A stretch of 64,000 bases of DNA from a bacterium (GTDB taxonomy: Bacteria; Zhuqueibacterota; Zhuqueibacteria; Residuimicrobiales; Krinioviventaceae): NCBI GenBank assembly GCA_963675755.2, contig CAXXMD010000002.1, positions 640,001 through 704,000 of the forward strand. Reading direction: 5' to 3'. A program made the position numbers and the translations under genes. Shown piece by piece: positions 61,259 to 64,000 of this stretch. The notes beneath the pieces were generated by a model. The model worked only from the letters and a program-made list of their open reading frames with translations, searched no databases and had not been told where the DNA came from. The first letter of the stretch is position 1. The number at the start of each line of letters is the position of its first letter.

Positions 61259-62001
61259 ATGCACTTGTTCTGGCTGCTGGATATGGTAAACGTTTACAAC
61301 CAATTACTGACTATATACCCAAAGCCTTGATAACCCTGGGAAATAAACCTCTATTATACATCCTATTGAATAAACTTGAACGGCAAAACTTTACCAATAT
61401 TTTAGTCAATGCTCACCATCTCGCTGATCAGGTTGAAAAGTTTATTGAATCATACAATAATGAAAACAACAGCAATATTAAACTTGTCAGAGAAACGAGA
61501 TTGTTGGATACCGGTGGCGGAATAAAAAACATGTTACAGCAATTATCTAATGATGAACCGGTATTGGTCCACAATGTGGATATTGTTTCTACAATAAACC
61601 TGAAGGATTTTTATAAATTGCATCTAGAATCCAAAGCCGTTGCCAGCCTGGCTGTTCAAAGACGAGAAACCACTCGTCCCCTGTTATTTGACGAAAATAT
61701 GTCTTTATGCGGCAAGAAATCAAAGCACGATGGACAGTTTAATATTGTAAAATCACCTACCGGTGCAGTCAGTCAGTGGGCTTTTTGTGGAATTCAGGTT
61801 ATAAAACCTGAAATATTTAAAGAATATCCTGCAAATCGGTTTTACAGCATTGATGTCTATACCAAAAACGCAGCAAAAAACAAAATTATACAGGGCATAG
61901 ATATTGAAAAGAATTATTGGAAAGATCTTGGTACCAGCAAGGATATTACTAAAGCTGAAAGAGAGATTGAATCTCTTCATTTAGACATTAATTCTCTATG
62001 A
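61255..62001 (+). CDS. MurU-like nucleotidyltransferase
   Basis: LAAGYGKRLQPITDYIPKAL, VNAHH, LLDTGGG, HNVD, WKDLGT. Confidence 0.82.
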   Translation: MNALVLAAGYGKRLQPITDYIPKALITLGNKPLLYILLNKLERQNFTNILVNAHHLADQVEKFIESYNNENNSNIKLVRETRLLDTGGGIKNMLQQLSNDEPVLVHNVDIVSTINLKDFYKLHLESKAVASLAVQRRETTRPLLFDENMSLCGKKSKHDGQFNIVKSPTGAVSQWAFCGIQVIKPEIFKEYPANRFYSIDVYTKNAAKNKIIQGIDIEKNYWKDLGTSKDITKAEREIESLHLDINSL

Positions 62002-63033
62002 TACAGAATAACTAGTTTGTTTATTTAACAGTTTGCTAAATTTTTGCTGAGCGAATTCTGAAAATTGTCTTTTCTCTTCATTGTTCATAAATGAAGCTTT
62101 TAATCCATTCAGAACAATATTCATCATATCTTTTTCCGAAAGATTAAAATAAGAAGCTGCTTTCTGATATTCTCCGGTCAAAGATACTCCAAATACCTCT
62201 GGATCATCAGTATTAATTGTTACCATTACTCCTTTTTTATAAAACTCGGGAAAAGGATGATCCAATAAATTATCACACACATTAAGCTTTACATTACTTG
62301 TTAAACATTGAGTTAAAGGGATATTATTTTTAACCAAATATTCGACCAACAATTCATCCTGAATAGCCTGTGTTCCATGATCAATTCTATCAATTGCAAG
62401 TTCAGTAATTGCTTGCCACATACTTTCAGGGCCACCTATTTCGCCTGCATGCACGGTACATTTCAGATTATGCTGCTTTGCATACTGATAGACTTGACGA
62501 AACTCTGCCATAGAACCGGTATTTTCATATCCCGATAAACCAATTCCAGCAATAAGAGGATGATCAAGCTCAACTATCTCCTTCACAAGCTCCATAGCTG
62601 ACTCTGCACCATAGGAACGTTGCAGGTTAACAATCATCCTGGATTCAATTTGGTAATTTTCTTTAGCCTCAATTACATTTTTGTAAATTATATCAAGGAT
62701 TTCTTTTATCGATAATCCCAAATTCTTGTATTTTTGCAACGCACAATCAAATTCTACATAGATAACTTGTTGCAATGCCAGCGTTTCAAGTAATTCACGG
62801 GTAATTCTGCCAAGATGATCAGGGGTTTTTATATTATCAGACACTTTTTGCATGCCACGGATAAAGTTTTTAAGATTACCATAGCGATATAATCCCTTAA
62901 TCTGTATAGGATCAACATTCTGATGATTGCAGTTGAATAAATATGAAGCAGTATCGGGTCGAATTGACCCTTCCAGATGTACATGTAGTTCAACTTTGGG
63001 CATATTTTTTATAAATTCATTCAAATAATACAC
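61996..63033 (-). CDS. add: Adenosine/adenine deaminase
   Basis: PKVELHVHLEGS, VHAGE, RIDHG, CLTSN, NTDDP. Confidence 0.88.
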   Translation of the reverse strand: MYYLNEFIKNMPKVELHVHLEGSIRPDTASYLFNCNHQNVDPIQIKGLYRYGNLKNFIRGMQKVSDNIKTPDHLGRITRELLETLALQQVIYVEFDCALQKYKNLGLSIKEILDIIYKNVIEAKENYQIESRMIVNLQRSYGAESAMELVKEIVELDHPLIAGIGLSGYENTGSMAEFRQVYQYAKQHNLKCTVHAGEIGGPESMWQAITELAIDRIDHGTQAIQDELLVEYLVKNNIPLTQCLTSNVKLNVCDNLLDHPFPEFYKKGVMVTINTDDPEVFGVSLTGEYQKAASYFNLSEKDMMNIVLNGLKASFMNNEEKRQFSEFAQQKFSKLLNKQTSYSVS

Positions 63034-63328
63034 AAATAAATAACTCCATTGTTCTTGTCAAGATGAATAAAAAGCAAAAATCAGGCTAGAGATTAATATC
63101 AGGAAAATTTTTATAGTTTTTATCAAGTAAAAATAGACAAGCTAAGGTATTGTAAAAGCTTATATTACATTGGTGTGTATATTTACAATGAAAAATATTA
63201 TTTGAAATAAATTAAATTCGATTACGACACTGCCATATCTGATACAATTTTGTTATTTATCGGACACGTCGTTCCAATACTCATACAATATGTATCACAT
63301 CCGGAACTTGAATTAAAATTAACTCAAA

Positions 63329-63955
63329 TCAATTAAAAAGAAGATGGGGATACGCTCTCACTTTACCCCAATCTTTCCAATCGCCAGATAATGTTAATAG
63401 AGTTTCATAAATATTGATTATTGTATCTCGATCAATCCATTTAAATCCGCTAATATTTTCAGATTTATCAAGAACTACAGGTTCACCGCTAATATTTCTA
63501 ATATTAAAGATATACGAAATAAATGGGTGTTTTTCTTGCTTATGCGTTAAAATATAAAAGACAGCCCCAAGAAAAGTATAATCACTATAAACAAATCCAG
63601 TTTCTTCATAAACTTCACGTTCAAGAGAAGGTATCAATGCTTCATTCGCATTGATACCTCCGCTTAATAATCTATATATATTATCAGGAAACTGGGTCTT
63701 TGTGTGTAATAGTAACTGGTTTTTTAAATTTTCCAAACCAAAAACAATTTCACCTCTTCGGCTTTGTTTGCTTTTTAAAAATTGATAATAACCATTGTCA
63801 ATTTCAAACTGGGTTAAATAAAATGTTGAATCCGGAAAGTCAGATTGCAGTTTTTTTAACTCATTTACATCAAGTTTATCTGTAAAAATGCCATCATCTG
63901 CAATCATCATTGGATCAATTAATTCCAGTCCGGGATCATTTATCATTCTAATCAT
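63329..63955 (-). CDS. NUDIX hydrolase
   Basis: Nudix box GGINANEALIPSLEREVYEETG. Confidence 0.8.
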   Translation of the reverse strand: MIRMINDPGLELIDPMMIADDGIFTDKLDVNELKKLQSDFPDSTFYLTQFEIDNGYYQFLKSKQSRRGEIVFGLENLKNQLLLHTKTQFPDNIYRLLSGGINANEALIPSLEREVYEETGFVYSDYTFLGAVFYILTHKQEKHPFISYIFNIRNISGEPVVLDKSENISGFKWIDRDTIINIYETLLTLSGDWKDWGKVRAYPHLLFN

Positions 63956-64000
63956 TACCTCAATTCAAAATATTTTTAACAGTTATACCCATTTCAGCAG

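Noticed and set aside
907-63885. Numerous 60-170 aa ORFs antisense or out of frame within long genes
   Set aside because: Shadow ORFs with no motifs; the exception is 44193-44531, whose middle part is the displaced leuS segment
1-64000. CRISPR arrays, rRNA, IS elements and selA/selB/selC/selD
   Set aside because: None recognised by eye; the Sec machinery needed for the selenoprotein calls would have to lie elsewhere in the genome

Overview
AT-rich bacterial chromosomal window. Several secreted proteins end in an NYPNPFNP/FlgD-type sorting domain, which suggests an FCB-group organism such as KSB1 or Calditrichota (inference only). In order it contains: the end of a NuoF/HydB-like + GltD-like Fe-S flavoprotein operon coupled to a PQQ-like propeller, a GT4 and a LolD/FtsX ABC exporter; a glycan flippase/sulfotransferase/FemAB-GNAT/deacetylase cassette; comM; a 6S RNA; nfeD-stomatin; a redox cluster; feoA/TM1266-like/TonB receptor; a 1448-aa surface protein; tdh-kbl; ispG; tRNA-Pro(CGG) followed by a FlgD-anchor + tandem FISUMP pair; leuS broken by two +1 G insertions; a 12-kb minus-strand cluster of exported glycosidases and Tat-exported oxidoreductases; AmgK/RapZ-CTD/MurU; add; and a NUDIX gene. 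The strongest hidden signal is at 20348-20790. Two tandem small genes (a membrane peptide missing from the ORF track, and an FmdB zinc-ribbon protein) each have an in-frame UGA followed by a bacterial SECIS-like hairpin. This is a probable two-selenoprotein operon lying just upstream of a CoA-disulfide reductase-like enzyme, a CxxxxC membrane peptide and a pentaheme cytochrome c. No CRISPR array, transposase, integrase or reverse transcriptase was seen.
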